From assembly GCF_050700635.1 (NCBI RefSeq), contig NZ_JBOHDT010000160.1, positions 1,738 to 65,737 of the forward strand: 64,000 bases of DNA, read 5' to 3'. Below, in pieces: positions 9,002 to 17,396 of the stretch. This DNA is from Aeromicrobium sp. (GTDB taxonomy: Bacteria; Actinomycetota; Actinomycetes; Propionibacteriales; Nocardioidaceae). The position numbers and the translations under genes were made by a program. The notes under the pieces were generated by a model. It had not been told where the DNA came from, did not search any database, and saw only the letters and a program-made list of their open reading frames with translations. Numbering within the stretch: the first letter of the stretch is position 1; each line of letters begins with the position of its first letter.

Positions 9002-10337
9002 CCAGCAGGCTCTGACCGCAGACGCGGACGACGTTGCCGGACACGGCCGACGACCCCGGGTTGGCGTACCAAGCGATGGCCTCGGCGACGTCGATCGGCA
9101 GGCCGCCCTGCGACATGGAGTTCATCCTGCGGCCGGCCTCGCGGATCCCCAGGGGGATCGTTTTCACCATCTCCGTCTCGATGAATCCCGGGGCGATCGC
9201 GTTGGCGGTGATGCCGTCCTTGGCCACCCGTTTGCTCAGCGACTGGATCCACCCGATGACGCCGGCCTTGGCCGTGCCGTAGTTGGTCTGTCCGTTGTTG
9301 CCGGCGATGCCGGCGATGGACGAGATGCCCACGATGCGGCCGCCCTCGCGGATCAGGCCCTGGTCGAGCAGCTCGTCGGTGATGCGCTGAGGAGCGCCGA
9401 CACTGATGTCGACGACGAGCGCGAAGTTCTCCGGCTTCATGTTGCGCAACCGCTTGTCGCGGGTGATGCCGGCGTTGTGCACGATGATGTCGACCCCGCC
9501 GTGGTTGTTCTTGAAATAGGCGGCGATCTCCTCGGGCGCGTCCGCGGCGGTGATGTCGAGCGAGATGGCACCGCCACCGAGCTCGTCGGTAAGCGCCTTC
9601 AGGTCCGCCTCGAGCGGCGGGATGTCGAGTCCGACGACGGTGGCGCCGTCGCGGTGGAGCGCACGGATCTCGGCGGCACCCAGACCCCGCGACGCGCCGG
9701 TGACGAGAGCGACCTTGCCGGCCAGCGGCTTGGCGGGGTCGCCCGCCTTGTCGGCGTCCTTGAGGTCGGTGAGCCCGATGCGGATGACCTGACCGGACAC
9801 GTAGGCCGACTTGGGGGAGAGCAGGAACTCCAGGGTGGAGCCGATTGACGACTCCGCACCCTTCGCGACGTAGACGAGGTTGACGGAGCTGCCGTTGCCG
9901 ACCTCCTTGGCCAGCGAACGGGTGAAGCCCTCGAGTGCACGCTGGGCGAGGGCCGCTGCTTCGGACACGGCTTCGTCGGGGAGCGCTCCGAGGACGACGA
10001 CCCGTCCACACGCCTCCAGCTGACGCAGCACGGGTGTGAAGAACTCCTGCAGCGACACGAGCCCCTCGCTTGAGTCGATGCTTGAAGCGTCGAACACCAG
10101 CCCCTTGTACTTCTTGGTGCCCGACGGGACGCCGGTGGCCCCGATCCTGGCCGCCTTGAGGGCCGCAGTGACGGCCTTGGCGACGGGTGTCTGGGTGGCC
10201 GCGCCGGTCAGGACCGTGCCCTTGACCAGAGGGCCGCCCTCGTAGCGCTCGAGGTAGGGCGGGTTCGGCAGTCCGAGGTTCTTGACCACGAACTTGCCGA
10301 TCGGGTTGTGGGCCAGGTCCTGGTAACGATCCGTCAT
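8994..10337 (-). CDS. Two-domain 3-oxoacyl-ACP reductase (SDR), FabG4-like
   Basis: The track ORF extends to 10439, but the ATG at 10337 gives MTDRYQDLAHNPIGKFVVKNLGLPNPP..., about 447 aa. The C-terminal SDR domain has the motifs VTGASRGLG and NYGTAKAG. Confidence 0.85.
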   Translation of the reverse strand: MTDRYQDLAHNPIGKFVVKNLGLPNPPYLERYEGGPLVKGTVLTGAATQTPVAKAVTAALKAARIGATGVPSGTKKYKGLVFDASSIDSSEGLVSLQEFFTPVLRQLEACGRVVVLGALPDEAVSEAAALAQRALEGFTRSLAKEVGNGSSVNLVYVAKGAESSIGSTLEFLLSPKSAYVSGQVIRIGLTDLKDADKAGDPAKPLAGKVALVTGASRGLGAAEIRALHRDGATVVGLDIPPLEADLKALTDELGGGAISLDITAADAPEEIAAYFKNNHGGVDIIVHNAGITRDKRLRNMKPENFALVVDISVGAPQRITDELLDQGLIREGGRIVGISSIAGIAGNNGQTNYGTAKAGVIGWIQSLSKRVAKDGITANAIAPGFIETEMVKTIPLGIREAGRRMNSMSQGGLPIDVAEAIAWYANPGSSAVSGNVVRVCGQSLLGA

Positions 10338-10391
10338 GGCCGGATGTGTCCTATCTCTCGCATACCATCGGTATCTGAATGTCTCGTGGAA

Positions 10392-10410
10392 CTGTAACCT
10401 CGTGTGACAG
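10392..10410. promoter_or_regulatory. Near-perfect palindrome CTGTAAC-CTCGT-GTGACAG in the fabG4-like / thiolase divergent promoter region
   Basis: Read directly from the sequence. It has the same half-site and N5 spacing as 8089-8107. A second palindrome, ATACC-ATC-GGTAT, lies at 10362-10374. Confidence 0.45.
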
Positions 10411-10492
10411 GGCCAGTCCACCTGTGTGGTGAGGCGCACACGCCCACATCGTCCCAGACTGAGAACGATCCACGAACAGCAAGGAGCACGTC

Positions 10493-11851
10493 ATGGCGGA
10501 CACGTCGCCGACGAAGAAGACCGCACAGAAGGCAGCCGCCAAGGCGGCGTCCGCCCTGAGTGGCCCCACCCCGGCTGGCTCCGTCCGCCCGGTCGCCGTG
10601 ATCGGTGGCAACCGCATTCCGTTCGCGCGCTCGAACACGGTCTACACCAACGTGTCCAACCAGGACATGCTCACCGCTGCCCTCGACGGGCTCGTCGAGC
10701 GCCACGGGCTCGAGGGCGAGCGCGCCGGCGAGTTCGTCGCCGGCGCCGTGCTCAAGCACAGCCGCGACTTCAATCTCGCTCGTGAGACCGTGCTCGGCTC
10801 CCGCCTGTCGGCCGAGACGCCGGCCGCCGACATCCAGCAAGCCTGTGACACCGGCATCCAGGCCACCATCCAGGTCGCCAACAAGATCGCGCTCGGCAAG
10901 ATCGAGTTCGGTATCGCCGGCGGCGCCGACACCACCTCCGACGCGCCGCTGGCGGTCGGCGACAAACTCCGCAAGATCCTGCTCGAGGCCAACAACGCCA
11001 AGGACAACAAGGGCCGTCTCGCAGCGGTCGCGAAGATCCGTCCCGGGCATCTCATCCCCGACCAGCCGCGCAACGCCGAACCCCGCACTGGGTTGTCGAT
11101 GGGCGACAGTCAGGCCATCACCACCAAGGAGTGGGGCATCACCCGCGAGGCCCAGGACGAGCTCGCGGTGAAGTCGCACCAGAACCTGGCCGCGTCCTAT
11201 GACGAGGGCTGGCAGGACGACCTGGTCACGCCGTACCTGGGCGTCGAGCGCGACAACAACATGCGCGCCGACTCCTCGATGGAGAAGCTCGCCACGCTCA
11301 AGGCCGTCTTCGGCAAAGGCGAGGGTGCCAGCATGACGGCGGCCAACTCCACGCCCTTGTCCGACGGTGCCTCCACCGTGCTGCTCGCTTCCGACGAGGA
11401 GGCCGAGCGTCGCGGCTGGACCCCGCTCGCGTACCTCGTCGACTATGAGACCGCCGCCGTCGACTACGTCAGCGGCGCCGAGGGCCTGCTGATGGCGCCG
11501 GTCTACGCGGTGCCGCGGATGCTCGCGCGCCAGGGACTGTCCCTGCAGGACTTCGACTACTACGAGATCCACGAGGCCTTCGCCGGGCAGGTGCTCACCA
11601 CGCTCGCGGCGTGGGAGGACCCCGCGTTCTGCAAGGAGAAGCTGGGTCTCGACGAGCCGCTCGGGTCGATCGACCGGAGCAAGCTCAACGTCAAGGGATC
11701 GTCGCTCGCCGCCGCGCACCCGTTCGCGGCCACCGGCGGGCGCATCGTTGCCAATCTGGCCAAGCTGCTGCACGAGAAGGGATCGGGCCGCGGCCTGATC
11801 TCGATCTGCGCGGCCGGCGGCCAGGGCGTCGTCGCGATCCTGGAGGCGTAG
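10493..11851 (+). CDS. Acetyl-CoA C-acyltransferase (thiolase), FadA2-like
   Basis: 452 aa. It shows thiolase family similarity throughout and a C-terminal ...ICAAGGQGVVAILE active-site Cys motif. AAGGAG Shine-Dalgarno sequence upstream. Confidence 0.9.
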   Translation: MADTSPTKKTAQKAAAKAASALSGPTPAGSVRPVAVIGGNRIPFARSNTVYTNVSNQDMLTAALDGLVERHGLEGERAGEFVAGAVLKHSRDFNLARETVLGSRLSAETPAADIQQACDTGIQATIQVANKIALGKIEFGIAGGADTTSDAPLAVGDKLRKILLEANNAKDNKGRLAAVAKIRPGHLIPDQPRNAEPRTGLSMGDSQAITTKEWGITREAQDELAVKSHQNLAASYDEGWQDDLVTPYLGVERDNNMRADSSMEKLATLKAVFGKGEGASMTAANSTPLSDGASTVLLASDEEAERRGWTPLAYLVDYETAAVDYVSGAEGLLMAPVYAVPRMLARQGLSLQDFDYYEIHEAFAGQVLTTLAAWEDPAFCKEKLGLDEPLGSIDRSKLNVKGSSLAAAHPFAATGGRIVANLAKLLHEKGSGRGLISICAAGGQGVVAILEA

Positions 11852-11854
11852 AGC

Positions 11855-12517
11855 TCAGGACACCGGGGCAGGTCCCCGCGCCATCGCGCAGGCGGCTTGG
11901 GCGACGTACTCCTTCACCTCGTCGAACGACACCGGATCGACCCGGGGATGGCCGGGGTCGAGAGCGCGTACGGAGATCCGCAAGGTGGCCAGGTTCAGCA
12001 CGCCCAGAGCCTGGGTGTAGAAGATGTTGGCGACGAGGTCGGGGTTCGGGACGTCGAACACGCCCTCCTTCGTGCCGTCCTCGAGCACGCTCACGACATG
12101 TGCGGTGCATGCGGTCATGGACCGTCCGAGCCGGAACATCGCCGGCTCGCTGACTTCCGCCATCAGCTCGTCCCCTCGACGCCGGAGCAACGCTTGGGCG
12201 CAGTCGACGAAGGCTGGGTATCTCTCGCCGTAGTCGAGGAAGGCGTTGGTGATCGCGATCAGCCGTTCAGAGGGATCCTTCGAGGACTCGGCAGCCTCCT
12301 CCAGCTCGACGTCGAGCTCATCCAGGTAGCCGACGAGCGCCATCGCGAAGAGCTCCTCCTTGCCAGAGAAGTGCCGGTAGATGATGGCCCGGTTGATACC
12401 GACGGCCTTCGCGATGTCCTCGATCTGGGCATCACGCACTCCTCGTTCGTCGAACAGGTTGCGCGTGGCCGCGAGGATCTCCTGGCGACGAGCTGCGCGG
12501 CGATCTGATGAAGGCAT
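11855..12517 (-). CDS. TetR-family transcriptional regulator
   Basis: 220 aa. The N-terminal HTH is ...[48 protein letters not shown]. Confidence 0.85.
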   Translation of the reverse strand: MPSSDRRAARRQEILAATRNLFDERGVRDAQIEDIAKAVGINRAIIYRHFSGKEELFAMALVGYLDELDVELEEAAESSKDPSERLIAITNAFLDYGERYPAFVDCAQALLRRRGDELMAEVSEPAMFRLGRSMTACTAHVVSVLEDGTKEGVFDVPNPDLVANIFYTQALGVLNLATLRISVRALDPGHPRVDPVSFDEVKEYVAQAACAMARGPAPVS

Positions 12518-12523
12518 GCGGCC

Positions 12524-12529
12524 AGAGTA
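12524..12529 (-). promoter_or_regulatory. -10-like TACTCT, 7 nt upstream of the TetR ATG (leaderless candidate)
   Basis: The reverse complement of 12515-12530 reads TTACTCTGGCCGCATG. No Shine-Dalgarno sequence is present. Confidence 0.35.
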
Positions 12530-12554
12530 AACCGACGAGGTTGCCTGGGCGTTC

Positions 12555-12576
12555 TGTCGGTTGTGCTCGGTACGCT
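12555..12576 (+). promoter_or_regulatory. RecA-independent DNA-damage promoter-like motif (PafBC type), TGTCGGTT-N8-TACGCT, upstream of uvrB
   Basis: It matches the TGTCRGTG-N8-TAnnnT architecture at 7 of 8 upstream positions with exact spacing. The -10 ends 8 nt before the ATG at 12584. Confidence 0.45.
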
Positions 12577-12583
12577 GGGACGA

Positions 12584-14668
12584 ATGAGACCGGTGTCCGA
12601 GCTGCAGCGCCAGGTGGCCCCCATCCGCGTCGTCTCCGACTTCGAGCCGGCGGGCGACCAGCCGGCGGCCATCGACGAGCTCGAGAAGCGGATGACCGGC
12701 GGTGTCCAGGATGTCGTGCTCATGGGTGCCACCGGCACCGGCAAGACGGCCACCGCGGCGTGGCTGGCCGAACGACTGCAGCGTCCGATGCTGGTGATGA
12801 TGCCCAACAAGACTCTCGCGGCCCAGTTCGCCAACGAGCTCCGTGACCTGCTTCCCGACAACGCGGTCGAGTACTTCGTGTCGTACTACGACTACTACCA
12901 GCCCGAGGCCTACCTCCCCCAGACGGACACCTACATCGAGAAGGACTCCTCAGTCAACGACGAGGTCGAGCGGCTGCGTCACTCGGCCACCTGGTCGTTG
13001 CTCACCCGCCGCGACGTCATCGTCGTTGCCAGCGTGTCGTGCATCTACGGCCTCGGGTCGGCGCAGGAGTACCTCGACCGGATGATCGGCTTCCGGGTCG
13101 GTGAGCAGATGTCACGCGATCATCTGCTGCGCACGCTCGTGCAGGGCCAGTACGTCCGCAACGACGTCACGTCCACGCGCGGCACGTTCCGGGTCAAGGG
13201 CGACACCGTCGAGATCTTCCCCGTCTATCAGGAGATGGCCGTCCGCATCGAGTTCTTCGGCGACGAGATCGAGCGGCTCATGACGCTGCATCCCCTCACC
13301 GGCGAGGTGCTCAGCGAGGACACCGAGCTGTACGTCGGCGCGGCCACCCACTACGCCGCCGGACCCGAGACCATGACCCGAGCCATCGAGACGATCCAGG
13401 TCGAGCTCGGTGAGCGCCTGGCCGAGCTCGAGGGTGATGGCAAGCTGCTCGAGGCGCAGCGGCTGCGCATGCGCACCACGTACGACCTGGAGATGATGCA
13501 GCAGGTCGGCACCTGCGCGGGCATCGAGAACTACTCGCGGCACATGGACGGCCGCGCGCCTGGCTCGGCGCCCAACTGCCTACTCGACTACTTCCCCGAG
13601 GACTTCATCCTGGTGGTCGACGAGTCGCACGTCACGATCCCGCAGATCGGCGCGATGTACGAAGGTGACATGTCGCGCAAGCGCATGCTCGTCGAGCACG
13701 GGTTCAGGCTGCCGAGCGCCATGGACAACCGGCCGCTCATCTGGGGCGAGTTCCTCGATCGCATCGGCCAGACGGTCTACCTGTCGGCCACCCCTGGTCC
13801 GTACGAGATGGAGAAGGTCGACGGCGATGTCGTCGAGCAGATCATCCGTCCGACCGGCCTGGTCGATCCCGAGGTCATCGTCAAGCCCACCAAGGGCCAG
13901 ATCGACGACCTCATCGGCCAGATCAAGGGACGCACCGAGAGCAATGAGCGCGTGCTCGTCACCACGCTCACCAAGAAGATGGCCGAAGACCTCACTGACT
14001 ACCTGCTCGAGGCGGGAATCCGCACGCGATACCTGCACAGCGAGGTCGACACCCTGCGTCGGGTGGAGCTGCTGCGCGAGCTGCGCATGGGGGAGTACGA
14101 CGTGCTCGTCGGCATCAACCTGCTGCGCGAGGGTCTCGACCTTCCGGAGGTCAGCCTCGTGGCCATCCTCGACGCCGACAAGGAGGGGTTCCTGCGTTCC
14201 GGACGGTCCCTCATCCAGACCATCGGCCGCGCGGCCCGCAACGTGTCCGGGCAGGTCGTCATGTACGCCGACACCGTCACCGACTCGATGGCGGCGGCGA
14301 TCGACGAGACCAACCGTCGCCGCGCCAAGCAGGTGGCGTACAACCTCGAGCACGGCATCGACCCGACGCCGCTGCGCAAGAAGATCGGCGACATCACCGA
14401 TCTGCTGGCGCGCGAGGACGCCGACACCTCGCGTCTGTTGGCCGCCACCGGCGACCGCCGACGCAAGGGGGCGCCGGTGCCGCTCGGCCAGCACACCGCC
14501 GATCTCGCCGATCTCCCCTCGGGCGACCTGGCCGACCTCATCGACCAGCTTAGTGAGCAGATGCACACGGCCGCCGCCGAGCTGCAGTTCGAGGTCGCCG
14601 CCCGGCTGCGCGACGAGATCCGCGATCTCAAGAAGGAGCTGCGCGGCATGCTGGAGGCGGGCGTCTAG
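12584..14668 (+). CDS. uvrB: Excinuclease ABC subunit B
   Basis: [33 protein letters not shown]..., a Walker A motif GATGTGKT, helicase motifs, and a C-terminal UVR domain ...[23 protein letters not shown]. The track start at 12563 is 7 codons upstream. ATG 12584 is preferred because of the promoter geometry. Confidence 0.95.
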   Translation: MRPVSELQRQVAPIRVVSDFEPAGDQPAAIDELEKRMTGGVQDVVLMGATGTGKTATAAWLAERLQRPMLVMMPNKTLAAQFANELRDLLPDNAVEYFVSYYDYYQPEAYLPQTDTYIEKDSSVNDEVERLRHSATWSLLTRRDVIVVASVSCIYGLGSAQEYLDRMIGFRVGEQMSRDHLLRTLVQGQYVRNDVTSTRGTFRVKGDTVEIFPVYQEMAVRIEFFGDEIERLMTLHPLTGEVLSEDTELYVGAATHYAAGPETMTRAIETIQVELGERLAELEGDGKLLEAQRLRMRTTYDLEMMQQVGTCAGIENYSRHMDGRAPGSAPNCLLDYFPEDFILVVDESHVTIPQIGAMYEGDMSRKRMLVEHGFRLPSAMDNRPLIWGEFLDRIGQTVYLSATPGPYEMEKVDGDVVEQIIRPTGLVDPEVIVKPTKGQIDDLIGQIKGRTESNERVLVTTLTKKMAEDLTDYLLEAGIRTRYLHSEVDTLRRVELLRELRMGEYDVLVGINLLREGLDLPEVSLVAILDADKEGFLRSGRSLIQTIGRAARNVSGQVVMYADTVTDSMAAAIDETNRRRAKQVAYNLEHGIDPTPLRKKIGDITDLLAREDADTSRLLAATGDRRRKGAPVPLGQHTADLADLPSGDLADLIDQLSEQMHTAAAELQFEVAARLRDEIRDLKKELRGMLEAGV

Positions 14669-14698
14669 CCGGCCGAGCGCACCTGCCACACTGGGGTG

Positions 14699-14806
14699 CG
14701 GAGGGGAGTATTCCTTCGCCGCGGTGTCGTCATCACGTCGACCGTCATCGGACGACCGGTGCTGCGGGCCACCCGGGTTACCAGGGGTGGCGGAAGAGAC
14801 CTCCGG
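14699..14806 (+). promoter_or_regulatory. Candidate yybP-ykoY (Mn2+) riboswitch in the TerC leader
   Basis: The 5' GGAGG-GGAGUAU and 3' GGAAGAGA-CCUCC segments can close a P1 helix. The conserved GGGGAGUA-like bulge and a 3' AGAGACC segment are present, along with internal GUCGUC/GACGAC and GCCACCC/GGGUGGC hairpins. It is located directly upstream of a TerC gene, which is the canonical context. Confidence 0.55.
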
Positions 14807-14826
14807 CGTTGTCGACGACCGGAGGA

Positions 14827-15894
14827 ATGTCCGTGCAGGTTTCTCAGACCGAATGGCTCATCACGATCGGCGTCACCATCGCCGTCCTGCTGTTCGACAT
14901 CGCGATCGTCGCACGCAAGCCCCATGAGCCATCCACGAGAGAGTGCCTGACCTACCTGTCGGTCTACGTCGGGCTGGCCATCGCCTTCGGCATCTGGGTC
15001 ACGCTGTATCACAATGATCCGAGCGCATCGAACGGCGATTACGGTCTGCAGTTCTTCGCCGGCTGGTTGACCGAGTACAGCCTGTCGGTCGACAACCTCT
15101 TCATCTTCATCATCATCATGGCCAGCTTCAACGTGCCGAGGAAGTACCAACAGGAAGCTCTGATGGTCGGCATCGTGCTCGCGCTCATCTTCCGGGGAAT
15201 CTTCATCGCGCTCGGCGCTGTGGCGATCAACCAGTTCTCCTGGGTCTTCTACGTCTTCGGCGCGTTCCTCGTCTACACGGCGTGGACGCTGGCCAAGGAC
15301 ACCGACCACGACGACGACGCCGAGAACGCCGTCGTGCGATTCGCCCGAAGCCACCTGAAGTTCACAGACCGCTGGGAGGGCCTGAAGCTCTACGTCATCG
15401 AGAACGGCAAGCGGCTGATGACTCCGATGTTCCTGGTCATCGTTGCCCTAGGCACCACCGACCTGATCTTCGCACTCGACTCGATTCCGGCCATCTACGG
15501 CCTCACCCAGGAGCCTTACCTCGTCTTCACCGCCAACGTGTTCGCCCTGATGGGTCTTCGCCAGCTGTACTTCCTGCTCGGCGACCTGATGAAGCGCCTG
15601 GTCTACTTGTCCCAGGGTCTGGCGTTCATCCTGTTCTTCATCGGCGTGAAGCTCGTGCTGCATGCGCTGCACGAGAACGAGGTGCCTTTCATCAACGGTG
15701 GCGAACCCGTGCCGGTGCCGGAGATACCGACGCTGCTGAGCCTCGGCGTGATCGTCGTGACGCTGCTGATCACCGCCGCTGCCAGCCTCTACAAGACCAG
15801 GGTCCTCGAGCCGGCCGGTCCGGCCGGTCCGCCTGATCCCGTCGATCCAGCTGATCCGGCCGAGCCGCCTGATCCGGCCGAGCCGCGGGACTGA
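14827..15894 (+). CDS. TerC-family integral membrane protein (putative Mn/metal exporter)
   Basis: Multi-pass membrane protein ...WLITIGVTIAVLLFDIAIVARKPHEP...SVDNLFIFIIIM... The ATG at 14827 is preceded by GGAGGA. The track TTG start at 14809 is less likely. The C-terminal tail is Pro/Asp-rich. Confidence 0.9.
   Translation: MSVQVSQTEWLITIGVTIAVLLFDIAIVARKPHEPSTRECLTYLSVYVGLAIAFGIWVTLYHNDPSASNGDYGLQFFAGWLTEYSLSVDNLFIFIIIMASFNVPRKYQQEALMVGIVLALIFRGIFIALGAVAINQFSWVFYVFGAFLVYTAWTLAKDTDHDDDAENAVVRFARSHLKFTDRWEGLKLYVIENGKRLMTPMFLVIVALGTTDLIFALDSIPAIYGLTQEPYLVFTANVFALMGLRQLYFLLGDLMKRLVYLSQGLAFILFFIGVKLVLHALHENEVPFINGGEPVPVPEIPTLLSLGVIVVTLLITAAASLYKTRVLEPAGPAGPPDPVDPADPAEPPDPAEPRD
15851..15886 (+). 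repeat. Perfect 18-bp tandem duplication (CTGATCCGGCCGAGCCGC x2) encoding the TerC tail
   Basis: Read directly from the sequence. It encodes ...ADPAEPPDPAEP... A 9-bp CCGGCCGGT x2 repeat also occurs at 15811-15828. Confidence 0.9.
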
Positions 15895-15901
15895 CGAGCG
15901 C

Positions 15902-17305
15902 TTAGACCATCTCGTCCGGCTTGTCGATCTTGACGTCCTCACCCCGGGATCGTCGGGCCAGATAGACCGGCACGGACAGCGCGAGGCCGACGAGCAGGAG
16001 CAGCCCGGCCACCTGGTACTGCTCACCGGCGCGCCCAGACAGGGGTGTGACCAGATACAGGCACGCGAGTGCGCCGAGCACGGCGACCACCGTGTTCGTG
16101 CGGAAGTGGTCGTGCTCGACCGGGTCGCGCCGCAGCACCAGCACGGCGACGTTGACGACGGCGAAAACACCCAGCAGGAGCAGCGCCGTCGTGCCGCCGA
16201 GCACGGCGATGGCGTCCTCACTGGCATACGACACGTACGCGATCAGGGCGAACGCGAGCGCGGTGGTGAACAGGATCGACACCCATGGTGTGCGGGTCCG
16301 GGGATGCACCTTCGAGAGGGAGCGGGGGATGACGCCCTGCTTGCCCATGCCGTAGAGCAGCCGGCTGGCCATCATCATGTTGATCAGGGCGGAGTTGGCC
16401 ACGGCGACCATCGAGATGAAGGGAAAGATGTCTCCGATCGGGACATCCGGTGCGCCCCGTTCAACCACCAGGGTGAGTGGTGTGTCGCTGGCTGCGAGCT
16501 CGCCCACTGGCACGAGTGCGACCGCGCAGATCGAGACGAGCACGTAGATCAGGCCGGTGACGCCGAGTCCGGTGAGCATCATCTTCGGGAAGATGCCCGG
16601 CGGGTCCTTGCACTCCTCGGCCATGTTGACCGAGTCCTCGAACCCGACCATCGCGAAGAAGGCCAGCGACGTCGCGGTGGTGACAGCGAGGAAGATGCTC
16701 TTGTCCTCCGGTGTGTCGAACGCGACGACCCGCGAGAAGTCGGCATCGCCCCCGCTGATCGCCCAGATGCCCACGAGGATGACGAGCACGAGGCCGGTGA
16801 GCTCGATGAGGGTGAGCACGACGTTCGTCTTGACGCTCTCGCTGACACCTCGCAGGTTGATCGCCATCACCAAGGCCATGAAGCCGATCGCCATCAGCAT
16901 GATCACGGTGCTCGAAGCCTCCCAGCCGAGGCCCAGCGCGAGGTTGGACGCGAACGCACGCGAGGCAGTCGAGGCCGAGGTGATGCCAGAGCTCATCACG
17001 GCGAACGCAACGATGAACGTGAAGAAGTGCACCGCGAATGCCTTGTGGACGTACAGCGCCGCGCCGGCGGCCTGCGGGTACTTCGTCACGAGCTCGAGGT
17101 AGGAGAACGCGGTCAGCAGCGCGACGACGAAGGCGACAAGGAACGGCAGCCAGGCGGCTCCGCCGACTTCGGCGGCGACCTGCCCGGTGAGGGCGTAGAC
17201 GCCGGTGCCGAGGATGTCGCCGATGATGAATAGGAGCAGGAGCTTCGGCCCCATCACCCGCCGCAGCTCGGTGGACTGGCTACTGCCGGCAGTGTCGGTG
17301 CTCAT
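15902..17305 (-). CDS. APC-superfamily amino acid permease
   Basis: The ATG at 17305 gives MSTDTAGSSQSTELRRVMGPKLLLLFIIGDILGTGVYALTG..., with about 12 predicted TM segments. The track N-terminal extension to 17635 is Arg/Ser/Thr-rich and looks non-coding. Confidence 0.85.
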   Translation of the reverse strand: MSTDTAGSSQSTELRRVMGPKLLLLFIIGDILGTGVYALTGQVAAEVGGAAWLPFLVAFVVALLTAFSYLELVTKYPQAAGAALYVHKAFAVHFFTFIVAFAVMSSGITSASTASRAFASNLALGLGWEASSTVIMLMAIGFMALVMAINLRGVSESVKTNVVLTLIELTGLVLVILVGIWAISGGDADFSRVVAFDTPEDKSIFLAVTTATSLAFFAMVGFEDSVNMAEECKDPPGIFPKMMLTGLGVTGLIYVLVSICAVALVPVGELAASDTPLTLVVERGAPDVPIGDIFPFISMVAVANSALINMMMASRLLYGMGKQGVIPRSLSKVHPRTRTPWVSILFTTALAFALIAYVSYASEDAIAVLGGTTALLLLGVFAVVNVAVLVLRRDPVEHDHFRTNTVVAVLGALACLYLVTPLSGRAGEQYQVAGLLLLVGLALSVPVYLARRSRGEDVKIDKPDEMV

Positions 17306-17396
17306 GGCGATCCCCTCGCTGGCCGTGTGGGAATGACACGGCGCGCTCTCACCATGCCCAAGTGGGACCCGAAGCCGCAAGAGCACGTGTACTTTC

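Noticed and set aside
17302-17355. A 17-codon uORF (MVRARRVIPTRPARGSP) on the minus strand whose TGA overlaps the permease ATG (ATGA).
   Set aside because: There is no Shine-Dalgarno sequence or -10 hexamer at an appropriate distance. An open 17-codon frame is expected by chance in GC-rich sequence. It is kept only as a note.
17306-17396. A minimal RiPP precursor (biarylitide-type pentapeptide or other short peptide) immediately upstream of the P450 gene.
   Set aside because: I read all three forward frames of the 91-nt spacer. No short ORF ends just before the P450 start, and no MxYxH-type peptide is present. The only ATG-initiated frame runs on into the P450 gene out of frame.
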